DNA from: Candidatus Aminicenantes bacterium
GTDB lineage: Bacteria > Acidobacteriota > Aminicenantia > Aminicenantales > Saccharicenantaceae
Reading direction: 5' to 3'
Assembly: GCA_963807525.1 (NCBI GenBank)
Contig: CAWECI010000025.1
Span: 95,056 to 159,055 of the forward strand
DNA: 64,000 nt
Shown: piece by piece, positions 29,189 to 37,325 of the stretch
How positions within the stretch are numbered: position 1 is the stretch's first letter
How the letters are laid out: every line of letters starts with the position of its first letter
Position numbers and translations under genes: made by a program
Notes under the pieces: model-generated
What the model saw: the letters and a program-made list of their open reading frames with translations, nothing else
Database searches by the model: none
Told to the model about the DNA's origin: nothing

Positions 29189-30027
29189 CCGAATCGACGC
29201 TGTTCACGATCGCCTTCGTCGCCTACGTTCTCGCGCTGCTCGTCTATTTCGCGGCCCTCTTCGCCCGGCGCGATAGGTGGGCCGGCGGCGGGCTTGTCCT
29301 GGCCGTTATCGGCTTTCTCTTTCATACCGCCGCCCTGGTGCTGAGGACCGTGGCGAGCGGTCACGCGCCGTTCACGAACATGTTCGAATCGCTCTCGTTC
29401 CTCTCCTGGGCCATCGTGTTGGCCCTGGTCGTCTTCGGCCGGTCCGCGCGCGTGTCGCGGCTGGGGCCCTACCTCATGCTCATCGTCGTGGCCCTGGTCG
29501 CCTTGGCCTCGTCCCCCCTCATGCCCAAGGAGGCGACGCCGCTCGTCCCGGCCCTTCAGAGCTACTGGCTGTGGCTCCACGTCTCCGTGACCATGCTCGG
29601 GGAGGCCTTTTTTGCCGTGGCTTTCGTGGCCAGCCTGCTTTTTATCGCGGCCCCCGCCGTCGATTTCCTGAGGCGCCATCTGCCCTGGCTTAGGATCCGG
29701 GCCGTCAACGTCGAGGAGAAGAAGGCCCGACTCGACGCCTTGGCTTACAGAGCCGTAGCCGTCGGTTTCCCGCTCTTCACCCTGGGCGGGCTCATCTTCG
29801 GCATGGTCTGGGCCTACCGGGCCTGGGGCAGCTATTGGTCATGGGACCCGAAGGAGGTCTGGAGCCTGATCACCTGGTTCGTCTTCGCCCTCTATCTCCA
29901 TACGCGGATCGTCATGGGCTGGAAGGGCAAGAGATCGGCTCTCGTCGCCATCATCGGCTTCTTGGCCGCGCTGTTCACCTACTTCGGCGTCAACTATCTG
30001 CTCGCCGGCCTGCATTCTTACGCCTGA
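29185..30027 (+). CDS. ccsA: Cytochrome c synthase CcsA/ResC (system II)
   Basis: GHAPFTNMFES, LQSYWLWLHV, WWD motif WGSYWSWDPKE, LHTR, GLHSY; ATGA overlap with resB. Confidence 0.94.
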   Translation: MTESTLFTIAFVAYVLALLVYFAALFARRDRWAGGGLVLAVIGFLFHTAALVLRTVASGHAPFTNMFESLSFLSWAIVLALVVFGRSARVSRLGPYLMLIVVALVALASSPLMPKEATPLVPALQSYWLWLHVSVTMLGEAFFAVAFVASLLFIAAPAVDFLRRHLPWLRIRAVNVEEKKARLDALAYRAVAVGFPLFTLGGLIFGMVWAYRAWGSYWSWDPKEVWSLITWFVFALYLHTRIVMGWKGKRSALVAIIGFLAALFTYFGVNYLLAGLHSYA

Positions 30028-30092
30028 GGACGGCCCGAACGGCTTTTGACAGGTCTCGGGCCTTCGGCTAGCATGAGGACGTAGAGGAACCG

Positions 30093-30629
30093 ATGAAGAA
30101 GATCCCAGGCGTCCCTGCCCTCGCGGCTCCCGTCGCTATCCTCGCCCTTGTCCTGGCGGCCGCCCTGCCCGGACAGAACTCCACGTATGTCGGCGCCCAG
30201 AAGTGCGCCCTATGCCACAAGGCGGACGCGCGCGGCGCGCAATATAAGATCTGGCAGAACAGCCGGCACTCCAAGTCCTTTGAGGCCCTGCAGTCGCCCA
30301 AGGCCGCGGAGGCCGCGAAGTCCATGGGCGTCGATAAGCCGGCCGAAAGTCCGCAGTGCCTCAAATGCCATGTTCCGCTCTTCGACAAGGCCCCCGAGAT
30401 CAAGGAGGAGGGCGTCACCTGTGAAGTTTGCCACGGCCCAGGCAGCGCCTACCGGAAACTCCCCGTCATGCAGGACCGGGCCAAGGCCGCGGCGAACGGC
30501 CTCATCCTCTATGGCGGCCCGGACGCCATCAAGGCCCAGTGCCTGACGTGCCATGCCGACGCCCACGGCATCAAGTTCGATTTCGAGGCTTCCTGGGCCA
30601 AGATCAAGCACCCGATCCCCGGCAAGTGA
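30093..30629 (+). CDS. Exported tetraheme cytochrome c (c554-like)
   Basis: Signal peptide; CALCH, CLKCH, CEVCH, CLTCH; YVGAQKC, EGVTCEVCHGPGS. Confidence 0.9.
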   Translation: MKKIPGVPALAAPVAILALVLAAALPGQNSTYVGAQKCALCHKADARGAQYKIWQNSRHSKSFEALQSPKAAEAAKSMGVDKPAESPQCLKCHVPLFDKAPEIKEEGVTCEVCHGPGSAYRKLPVMQDRAKAAANGLILYGGPDAIKAQCLTCHADAHGIKFDFEASWAKIKHPIPGK

Positions 30630-30639
30630 ATCCGCCCGG

Positions 30640-31290
30640 ATGAACGAAACCGCGAAGGCGAGCCCGCTCGCCGCCCTCCTGTTCGCCGGGCTCCTTGCCG
30701 CCGTCGCTCCGGTCTCTTCGTCGCCCGTTCCCCAAGAGGACGCGACCTGTCTCCATTGCCATGCCCGCCCCGGGCTCAAGTCCGAGTCGGGGCAGACGGT
30801 CTATGTTGACGGGAACGTCTATGACGCTTCGGTCCACGGCCAGGCCGGCGTCAATTGCGTCGACTGCCATCGCGAGCTCAAAGATGTGAAGCAGCTCCCC
30901 CATGCCAAGGGCCTCGCGGCCGTGAGGTGCGCGGACTGCCATGCGGATTACGCGCGGACCACGACGGGCGGCGTCCATGACACCTGGAGTCCCCGGCTGG
31001 AGGCCGCCCCGGTGCTCTGCAGGGACTGCCACGGCGGCCATGATATTCTTCCATCGTCGGACCCTCGCTCGACCGTCACTCCCGCCAGCCGCCCGGCGAC
31101 CTGCGGTCGATGCCACCCCGGTGCCGGCCCGAATTTCGCCCGGGGCCGGGTCCACGAACTCGGCGGGGCCGCCGGGCGGACTCCGGCCGGAGTGGTCCGG
31201 ATCCTCTATAAGGCCCTGATCGCTATCATGGGCGCCTTTTTCCTGGCTTATATCGCCGCCGACCTCATTCGTTCCCGGAGGCGGCCATGA
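30640..31290 (+). CDS. Pentaheme cytochrome c with C-terminal membrane anchor
   Basis: CLHCH, CVDCH, CADCH, CRDCH, CGRCH; PGAGPNFARGRVH; TM ILYKALIAIMGAFFLAYIAAD. Confidence 0.9.
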   Translation: MNETAKASPLAALLFAGLLAAVAPVSSSPVPQEDATCLHCHARPGLKSESGQTVYVDGNVYDASVHGQAGVNCVDCHRELKDVKQLPHAKGLAAVRCADCHADYARTTTGGVHDTWSPRLEAAPVLCRDCHGGHDILPSSDPRSTVTPASRPATCGRCHPGAGPNFARGRVHELGGAAGRTPAGVVRILYKALIAIMGAFFLAYIAADLIRSRRRP

Positions 31291-32042
31291 GGGCGCCGGC
31301 CGTCGATCCCGGAATTCTCATTCCCGACGACGAGGTCTTCGTCCGCATGACCCTGACCGAGCGCTGGCAGCATGGCCTTCTGATGGCCTCGTTCGTTCTT
31401 CTCATCCTGTCCGGACTCCCCGTTCTCTCGGAAGACATTGAGGTCATCCGGCTCCTCGCCGGCCGGGCCGCGACTTTCACCGTGCGCGGTCTTGTCCACC
31501 GGGCCGCGGCCGTCCTCCTCATCCTCGACCTCGTTTGGCAGCTGGCCTACACGTTCTTCACCCCCCGCGGCAGGCAGAACCTGCGGGACCGGAAATGGCG
31601 CCGCCAGGATACGCGCGACGCCCTGGCCGTTTTCCGTCCCCTGGCGCCGCGGCCCGAGTTCGACCGCTACAGCTTCGCGCAGAAGTTCGAGTACTGGGCG
31701 CTCATCTGGGGCTCGGCCGTCATGATCGTCACGGGCGCCTTGATGTGGCTCCCGAGCCTGTCCCTGTCGCTCTTCCCGCTCTGGCTCCATCAGGTCTTCG
31801 TCGTCGTCCACGGCTACGAAGCCATCCTGGCTTTTGTGGCCATCCTCGTCTGGCACATGTACACGGCCCACCTCGATCCCGAGATCTTCCCGATGAGCGG
31901 GGTCTGGCTCAACGGCCGGATGACCGGCGCCGAGCTGAAGCGCTTTCACCCCCTCGAGCACCGCCGCCTCCTGGAGAGCCGGGACCGACTCCATCGCGAG
32001 CTCTTGGCCCCGAAAAATGCTATGATGAACGGCAAGGAATAA
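31287..32042 (+). CDS. Di-heme cytochrome b subunit (FdnI/HydC-like)
   Basis: Four TMs with His ligands (WQHG, VHRA, VHGY, WHMY); KFEYWALIWG; ATGA overlap. Confidence 0.85.
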   Translation: MRAPAVDPGILIPDDEVFVRMTLTERWQHGLLMASFVLLILSGLPVLSEDIEVIRLLAGRAATFTVRGLVHRAAAVLLILDLVWQLAYTFFTPRGRQNLRDRKWRRQDTRDALAVFRPLAPRPEFDRYSFAQKFEYWALIWGSAVMIVTGALMWLPSLSLSLFPLWLHQVFVVVHGYEAILAFVAILVWHMYTAHLDPEIFPMSGVWLNGRMTGAELKRFHPLEHRRLLESRDRLHRELLAPKNAMMNGKE

Positions 32043-32061
32043 TTCCCGCGACCAGGTGTAT
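32036..32061 (+). promoter_or_regulatory. Putative autoregulatory ECF promoter GGAATAA-N14-TGTAT (leaderless transcript)
   Basis: Ends 5 nt before the ECF ATG; same motif at 6613-6638. Confidence 0.55.
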
Positions 32062-32066
32062 GAGAC

Positions 32067-32657
32067 ATGGGAGCTCCGACGAGAGCGAACGAGCAACCGG
32101 AGGATGCCGTCCTCGTCCGGAAAGCCCAGCAGGGAGACATGGACGCTTACGAGAGCCTGGTCCGGAGATACCAGCAACGGGTCTACGCCCTGTGCCGCCG
32201 TCTGACCGGCGCGCACCAGTCGGCGGACGACCTGGCCCAGGAAACGTTCATCAAAGCTTATTTCGCGCTGGCCCGCTTCGACGCCCAATGGCCGCTCTAT
32301 CCCTGGCTTCGGAGGATCGCCGTCAACACCGGGCTGAACTACCTCAAGACCCGGGGCCGGGAAAGGTCCCTCGAGGACGGCCCGGCCGACGGCCGGCGCC
32401 TGCCGCCGGCCCCGGCGACCGACGATCCCGTGGATCGGCTCGAAAGCGCCGAATTCCAGGCCAGGCTCGACTGGGCGGTGGATTCCCTTCCCGCCGACCA
32501 GAGAAGCGTCTTCGTCCTGAGATTCCATGAGAGCCTGAGCTACGAGGAGATCGGAAGGACCCTCGGACTGCCGCTCGGCACCGTCATGTCGCGGCTGAAC
32601 CGGGCCCGCCAGAAGCTGAAAGAGCTTCTCGCGGATTCCCTCGGAAGGGGAGCTTGA
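32067..32657 (+). CDS. ECF RNA polymerase sigma factor
   Basis: ADDLAQETFIKAY, WLRRIAVN, LSYEEIGRTLGLPLGTVMSRLNRAR. Confidence 0.93.
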   Translation: MGAPTRANEQPEDAVLVRKAQQGDMDAYESLVRRYQQRVYALCRRLTGAHQSADDLAQETFIKAYFALARFDAQWPLYPWLRRIAVNTGLNYLKTRGRERSLEDGPADGRRLPPAPATDDPVDRLESAEFQARLDWAVDSLPADQRSVFVLRFHESLSYEEIGRTLGLPLGTVMSRLNRARQKLKELLADSLGRGA

Positions 32658-32658
32658 G

Positions 32659-33657
32659 ATGAGACACCGCAAACTCCAGGAACTCATCGGGGCCTACGCC
32701 GATGGCGAGCTCCGGCCGGCCGACCGGCCGCGGGTGGAGAAGCATCTCAAGCGCTGCCCGGACTGCCGGCGGGACCTCGAGTTCATCCGCCGTCTTTCGA
32801 AACTCGCCGAGACGCCTCCGACGGGACCTCAGGACAGGGACTACTGGGACTCTTTCCCCGGACGGGTCCGGGCCGGGATCGCCCGCGAGCTGGCCGGAGC
32901 CCCCGCACCCCAAGTTGCGGAGGACAAGATGTTCAAAGACTCATTCTTCCAGCCGGAACCGCGGACACGGCAGAGGGCCCTGCTCCTGCCGCTGTCCGTC
33001 ATCGGCCATGCGGTCGTTCTGATCCTGCTCATCATGCTGCCCCTTCTCAAGATGGGGCAGCTGCCGACGGTCGAGGTCTATAGCGCGTTCCTGGCGCCCC
33101 CGCCGCCGCCCCCGCCGCCTCCGCCGCCGCCGGCCAAGCGGAAAGCGTCGGCGCAAAGCGCCCGGATCAAGCGCGTCCAGGCCGCCGCGCCGACCGAGGC
33201 CGGCCGCCTGGTGGCCCCCGTCGAGATCCCCGAACAGATCGCTGAGGAAACGCTCTCCGACGTCGGCGTCGAGGGCGGTGTCGAAGGCGGCGTCGAGGGC
33301 GGCGTCGTCGGCGGCGTTCTCGGAGGCGTTGTGGGCGGCGTCCTGGGCGGCGTCGTCGGCGAGGTCGAGGCGCCGGTGCGGGCCATCGGCGACGTCAAGC
33401 CGCCGAAGCTCGTGCGGGAGGTGGCGCCGGTCTACCCGGAGATCGCCCGGCAGGCCCGGGTGGAGGGCATCGTCATCGTCGAGGCGACGACGGACGTCTA
33501 CGGCCGGGTGACGAGCGTCAAGGTCCTGCGCTCGATCCCGCTCCTGGACCAGGCGGCCATCGACGCGGTGCGGCAGTGGGTCTACGAGCCCATGATCATC
33601 AACGGCCGGCCCCGGCCGGTCGTCTTCACCGTCACCGTCCGGTTCCAGCTGAAATGA
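32659..33657 (+). CDS. Zinc-finger anti-sigma (zf-HC2) - TonB fusion protein
   Basis: AYADGEL..HLKRCPDC (HxxxCxxC); then MFKDSFF, TM with SVIGH (SxxxH), poly-Pro, GGV repeats, TonB_C. Confidence 0.88.
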   Translation: MRHRKLQELIGAYADGELRPADRPRVEKHLKRCPDCRRDLEFIRRLSKLAETPPTGPQDRDYWDSFPGRVRAGIARELAGAPAPQVAEDKMFKDSFFQPEPRTRQRALLLPLSVIGHAVVLILLIMLPLLKMGQLPTVEVYSAFLAPPPPPPPPPPPPAKRKASAQSARIKRVQAAAPTEAGRLVAPVEIPEQIAEETLSDVGVEGGVEGGVEGGVVGGVLGGVVGGVLGGVVGEVEAPVRAIGDVKPPKLVREVAPVYPEIARQARVEGIVIVEATTDVYGRVTSVKVLRSIPLLDQAAIDAVRQWVYEPMIINGRPRPVVFTVTVRFQLK

Positions 33658-33764
33658 TTACCCCTTCGGGGTGAGGCTCTTCCCCCCTAGCAATCATCAC
33701 CCTGGGCGATTGCCAACCCGCGGGGCCTGTCCGATACTGGCAATCGAGAGTGATGGGAACAGCG

Positions 33765-34616
33765 ATGAAGGTCTCTAAAGCCCGCCTGGTCCTGGCCCTT
33801 CTGGGGATCGGCCTTCTCGTCCCCCTGGCGGCCCGGGCCGAGATCATCGTCCGGCTCGAGGTGACGGCCGAGAACGTGGCGATCCATCTCGAGCCGAGCG
33901 ACCGCAGCCCCGTCGTCGAGGTGCTGCCTCGCGGCGCCGTCGTCAAGCAGTCGAGCGCCATGAAGTTCAGGACCAACTGGTACTACGTCCTCTTCACGTC
34001 GTCCAAGTCCGGCCGGACGCTGACCGGCTATGTCCTGGATACCTGCGTCCGCAAGCTGAACTCGACCCTCAGGGTGGTCGATCTGACGCCCGCCGCGGAG
34101 GTCGCCGACCCGGCCGAGTTCGACCTGACCGCCCGCGTCCTGCCCAGGATCGAATGGGGCAGGAAAGAGGAGATCATCCTGCGGGCCGAGGGCCGGCCCC
34201 TCAGCCGCGACCTGTCGGGCGACATGGTGTTCCTGCGCTATCAGCGGCTGGTCCTGGGCAAGCGCTGCCTGGTGACCTATGTCCTGATCGACCGCAAGCT
34301 GGCCTCGCTGCGCCTGCACCTCCTCGAACGCTACGCGAACAAGGACCGCTACGTCGCGGATTACAACAGGATCCGGGAGTTCCTGAACGGCAAGATCGGC
34401 CAGCCCCGCTATAACAACGTCGTCTGGAAGGACTGGGCCTACGCCGGGAAAGGCGAGAACCTGGGCCAGGCGGTCACGACCGGCAGCCTGAGCCTGTCCT
34501 CGGAATGGGCCGTGGGCGATACCGGGCTCCGGCTGAGCCTGACCGGCGAGAACAGCGAAGTCCGCTTCGACGCCGAGATCAACGCCCTCAAAACACGGAA
34601 TCCGGCCTCTTTCTAA
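33765..34616 (+). CDS. Exported hypothetical protein with N-terminal SH3b-like region
   Basis: Signal peptide ending AARA; VTAENVAIHLEPS..WYYV..GYV. Confidence 0.7.
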   Translation: MKVSKARLVLALLGIGLLVPLAARAEIIVRLEVTAENVAIHLEPSDRSPVVEVLPRGAVVKQSSAMKFRTNWYYVLFTSSKSGRTLTGYVLDTCVRKLNSTLRVVDLTPAAEVADPAEFDLTARVLPRIEWGRKEEIILRAEGRPLSRDLSGDMVFLRYQRLVLGKRCLVTYVLIDRKLASLRLHLLERYANKDRYVADYNRIREFLNGKIGQPRYNNVVWKDWAYAGKGENLGQAVTTGSLSLSSEWAVGDTGLRLSLTGENSEVRFDAEINALKTRNPASF

Positions 34617-34681
34617 CCCTCCTTACTTCTCGGCCCCCTTCTTCGCACCCCCCCGGGGAAGGGGGCCCTTCTGTCCCGGCG

Positions 34682-35635
34682 TCAGACCATGTCTTTCTGA
34701 ACGAAGCTCATGCTGACCCGGTTCCGGCCCAGCCACTTGCTGTGCATCATGAGCTGCTCGCCGCGCTTGATCAGGGATTCGACCGTGTCGTAGCGCAGGA
34801 CGAGGCTCGCGCCCATGGACACCGTGGCGTTGAGCATCCCGGTCTCGGTCGTGATGTACGACTCGGCGACGAGGAGGCGCAGCTTGTTGGCGACGATGTC
34901 CAGACGCCCTTCGTCGATGTTGAGCAGGATGATGAGGAACTCCTCGGTGCTCCAGCGTCCGACGATGTCGAAGAACCGGATGTTCTTCTGGAGGGTCCGG
35001 GCGACGGTCCGGACGATCTTGCCGGCGTTGAACCGGCCGTGCTTTTCGAGGATCTTGCCGTAATTGTCGATGTCGACGTAGATCAGGCCGAACGACAGGC
35101 CGTATTTCTGGAACTCCTGCAGCCGCGTGGCCAGGGTCATGTCCAGGTACTGCTTGGACGGGACCCCGGTCTCGGTCTCGACGAGCCCCATCTTCTCGAG
35201 CTCGGGCAGCCCGAGCGGCAGGGTGATCTTCGGCGCGCTGCCGCTGAAGGTCTCGACGGCGCCCAGGACCTGGCCCTCGTCATTGAACACAGGGATAATC
35301 CGCAAGCTGGCCGGCACCCGGAAACCCTCTTTGCGCTGGAGATAGACCTCGAGGGTGCGCGGCGCCCCGTCCTGCAGGGTCATGGCCACGGGGCATTTGT
35401 CCCGGCAGACGTTGACCCCGCCGGGGTCCACGAACAGGGGGGGCTCCTCATGGCACTTGGTCCCCAGAACGGCGGCCGTCTCGCGGCCCGTGATCTGTTC
35501 GGCCGCCTTGTTCCAGAAGACGACCTGGCGCTGCGGATCGAGCCAGGCCACCCCGTCCTGGACTTGGTCGAGGACGCTGTTGCAGATGCTCTTCGAAATG
35601 CCCGGGAAGATGTCGAGGATGTTGTTTTCGGCCAT
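34682..35635 (-). CDS. PAS + GGDEF-domain protein with degenerate active site (RWSTEEF)
   Basis: WNKAAEQITG PAS; LIYVDIDNYGKILEKHG, DIVGRWSTEEF, TVSMGAS. Confidence 0.87.
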   Translation of the reverse strand: MAENNILDIFPGISKSICNSVLDQVQDGVAWLDPQRQVVFWNKAAEQITGRETAAVLGTKCHEEPPLFVDPGGVNVCRDKCPVAMTLQDGAPRTLEVYLQRKEGFRVPASLRIIPVFNDEGQVLGAVETFSGSAPKITLPLGLPELEKMGLVETETGVPSKQYLDMTLATRLQEFQKYGLSFGLIYVDIDNYGKILEKHGRFNAGKIVRTVARTLQKNIRFFDIVGRWSTEEFLIILLNIDEGRLDIVANKLRLLVAESYITTETGMLNATVSMGASLVLRYDTVESLIKRGEQLMMHSKWLGRNRVSMSFVQKDMV

Positions 35636-35659
35636 TATCGTCCCTCGGTTTTGCTTTTC

Positions 35660-35738
35660 ATTCTAAGGGCAACCTATGAATTGTCAATCTTTTTTTGCCA
35701 GGGCCGCGGTTGACAAACCCCTAACCGCATGTTATCTT
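35660..35738. promoter_or_regulatory. Back-to-back divergent sigma70 promoters
   Basis: Minus strand TTGACA(35687-82)-N16-TAGAAT; plus strand TTGACA(35710-15)-N17-TATCTT with extended TG. Confidence 0.65.
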
Positions 35739-35765
35739 GCCGACGCCGCCCAGGGGTGCGCTGCC

Positions 35766-36854
35766 ATGGACAAGCTTCTCGGGACACGCCTTAAGAAGGC
35801 CCGCGAGGAGGTTAACCTGAGCCAGGGCGCGTTCGCCAAGGCCTTGGGGCTTTCGTCCGAGTACATCTCCCTGCTCGAGTCCGGCAAGCGGACGCCGAGC
35901 TTCGAGACCCTCCAGAAAGTGGCCGGGTTCCTCAACAAGAACGTCTCCTATTTCTTCGAAGACCGGCGGCCGGCCTTCGAGGCCCTGTTCGACCGGGCCG
36001 AATCCGACGACCGGGTCCGCAAGGACCTGCAGAAGTTCCGGGCGACCTGCGAGCGCTATCTCGAGCTCGAGGAGACGACCGGCCGCCGGCTCGATCTGGC
36101 CCCGTCCTATGCCCGGATCTCCCCGGAGCGGCTGGCCGAGGAGGAGCGCCGCCGTCTCGGACTGGGCAACGAGCCCATCCGCGACGTCCTGGCCCTCTGC
36201 GAGGTCAACGGCTGCCGGATCGTCCGCCAGACGCTCCCCGATGAGGCCCGCATCGCCGGCCTTTTCGTTTATGACCAGGAGCGCAAGGCCGCCTTCGCCC
36301 TGATCAACGCCAACGAGCCGCCCGGGCTACAGACGCTCATCGCCGCGCACCTGTACGGCCACTACCTCATGGACCGGGCCGACAGCCCCATCTTCGACAA
36401 TCCCGACGTCGTCGTGGACGAGTACGTCTCGCTCTACCCGCCGCGGGAACAGTCCGCCCAGACCTTCGCCTCGCGCTTTCTCGTGCCGCCCGGGAAGCTG
36501 GCCGAGCTCATCGAGAAGGACCTTCGGTCCCGGTCCCTGACCTTCGATGATGTCCTCTTCCTCAAGCGTTATTTCGGCGTCAGCACGCGGGCCATGCTGC
36601 GGACCCTGCGGGGCCGGGGCATCCTGGCCGAGGCCAAGTTCGAGGAGTTCTTCAAGAGGGGCCCCGAGGACCGGGAACAGGAGGTCTTCGGCGGCCTGTC
36701 GGGCCAGGAGGAGCGGCGCACGCGGACCCTGTTCCGGAAATCGCGGACCATCCTCTCGGACCGCTTCCGGCTGCTCCTCGCCGAGGCCGCGGCCATGGAC
36801 AAGTCCCGTCCGGCCGCCCCGGCGCCGGCTCCGACCGGAGGATCCGATGAGTAA
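35766..36854 (+). CDS. XRE-family HTH + ImmA/IrrE (M78)-like domain protein
   Basis: LKKAREEVNLSQ..LSSEYISLLESGKRTP; ERRRLGLGNEPI; metal motif reads AHLYGH instead of AHELGH. Confidence 0.85.
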   Translation: MDKLLGTRLKKAREEVNLSQGAFAKALGLSSEYISLLESGKRTPSFETLQKVAGFLNKNVSYFFEDRRPAFEALFDRAESDDRVRKDLQKFRATCERYLELEETTGRRLDLAPSYARISPERLAEEERRRLGLGNEPIRDVLALCEVNGCRIVRQTLPDEARIAGLFVYDQERKAAFALINANEPPGLQTLIAAHLYGHYLMDRADSPIFDNPDVVVDEYVSLYPPREQSAQTFASRFLVPPGKLAELIEKDLRSRSLTFDDVLFLKRYFGVSTRAMLRTLRGRGILAEAKFEEFFKRGPEDREQEVFGGLSGQEERRTRTLFRKSRTILSDRFRLLLAEAAAMDKSRPAAPAPAPTGGSDE

Positions 36855-37290
36855 AACGCTCCGTTTCCTGATCATCTTCCTGATCTTCGACGCCGTCGTC
36901 ATCGGCGGCTATTTCCTGATCAAGGCCCTTGGCTCCGGCCAGGCCAAAGACCCGACGGCCGGCGTCGCTTGGGTGACCATGGACGAGGCCTACCAGCCCG
37001 CGACCGAGCTCGAGCAGTTCGTCAAGACGGATGCCGAAGAGAACGGCCTCCTGCCCCTCCAGTTCCGCAGCTTCGGCCGCAGCGCCGCCGCCCTCAAGAG
37101 GTTCCGCGGCGCCAAGCTTGCCGGCGCCAGCGTCTCGGTCCTCGAGATGCAGTTCAAGGGCCTCGATGATTGGGCCGTCGCGGAGCTCTGGATCAAGACC
37201 GCGGACGGACGGGAGATCCGCCGGACCGTCCTTTACGTGCTGACCTCCAGCACCTGGAAGGTCGGCGATAGCGGCCGGCTGGCCGACTGA
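36847..37290 (+). CDS. Hypothetical single-TM protein
   Basis: ATG overlaps the XRE gene stop; TM FLIIFLIFDAVVIGGYFLI. Confidence 0.75.
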   Translation: MSKTLRFLIIFLIFDAVVIGGYFLIKALGSGQAKDPTAGVAWVTMDEAYQPATELEQFVKTDAEENGLLPLQFRSFGRSAAALKRFRGAKLAGASVSVLEMQFKGLDDWAVAELWIKTADGREIRRTVLYVLTSSTWKVGDSGRLAD

Positions 37291-37325
37291 GCGCGCCGCC
37301 GCGCGCCTCGCTTCGCGGAGGGTCC

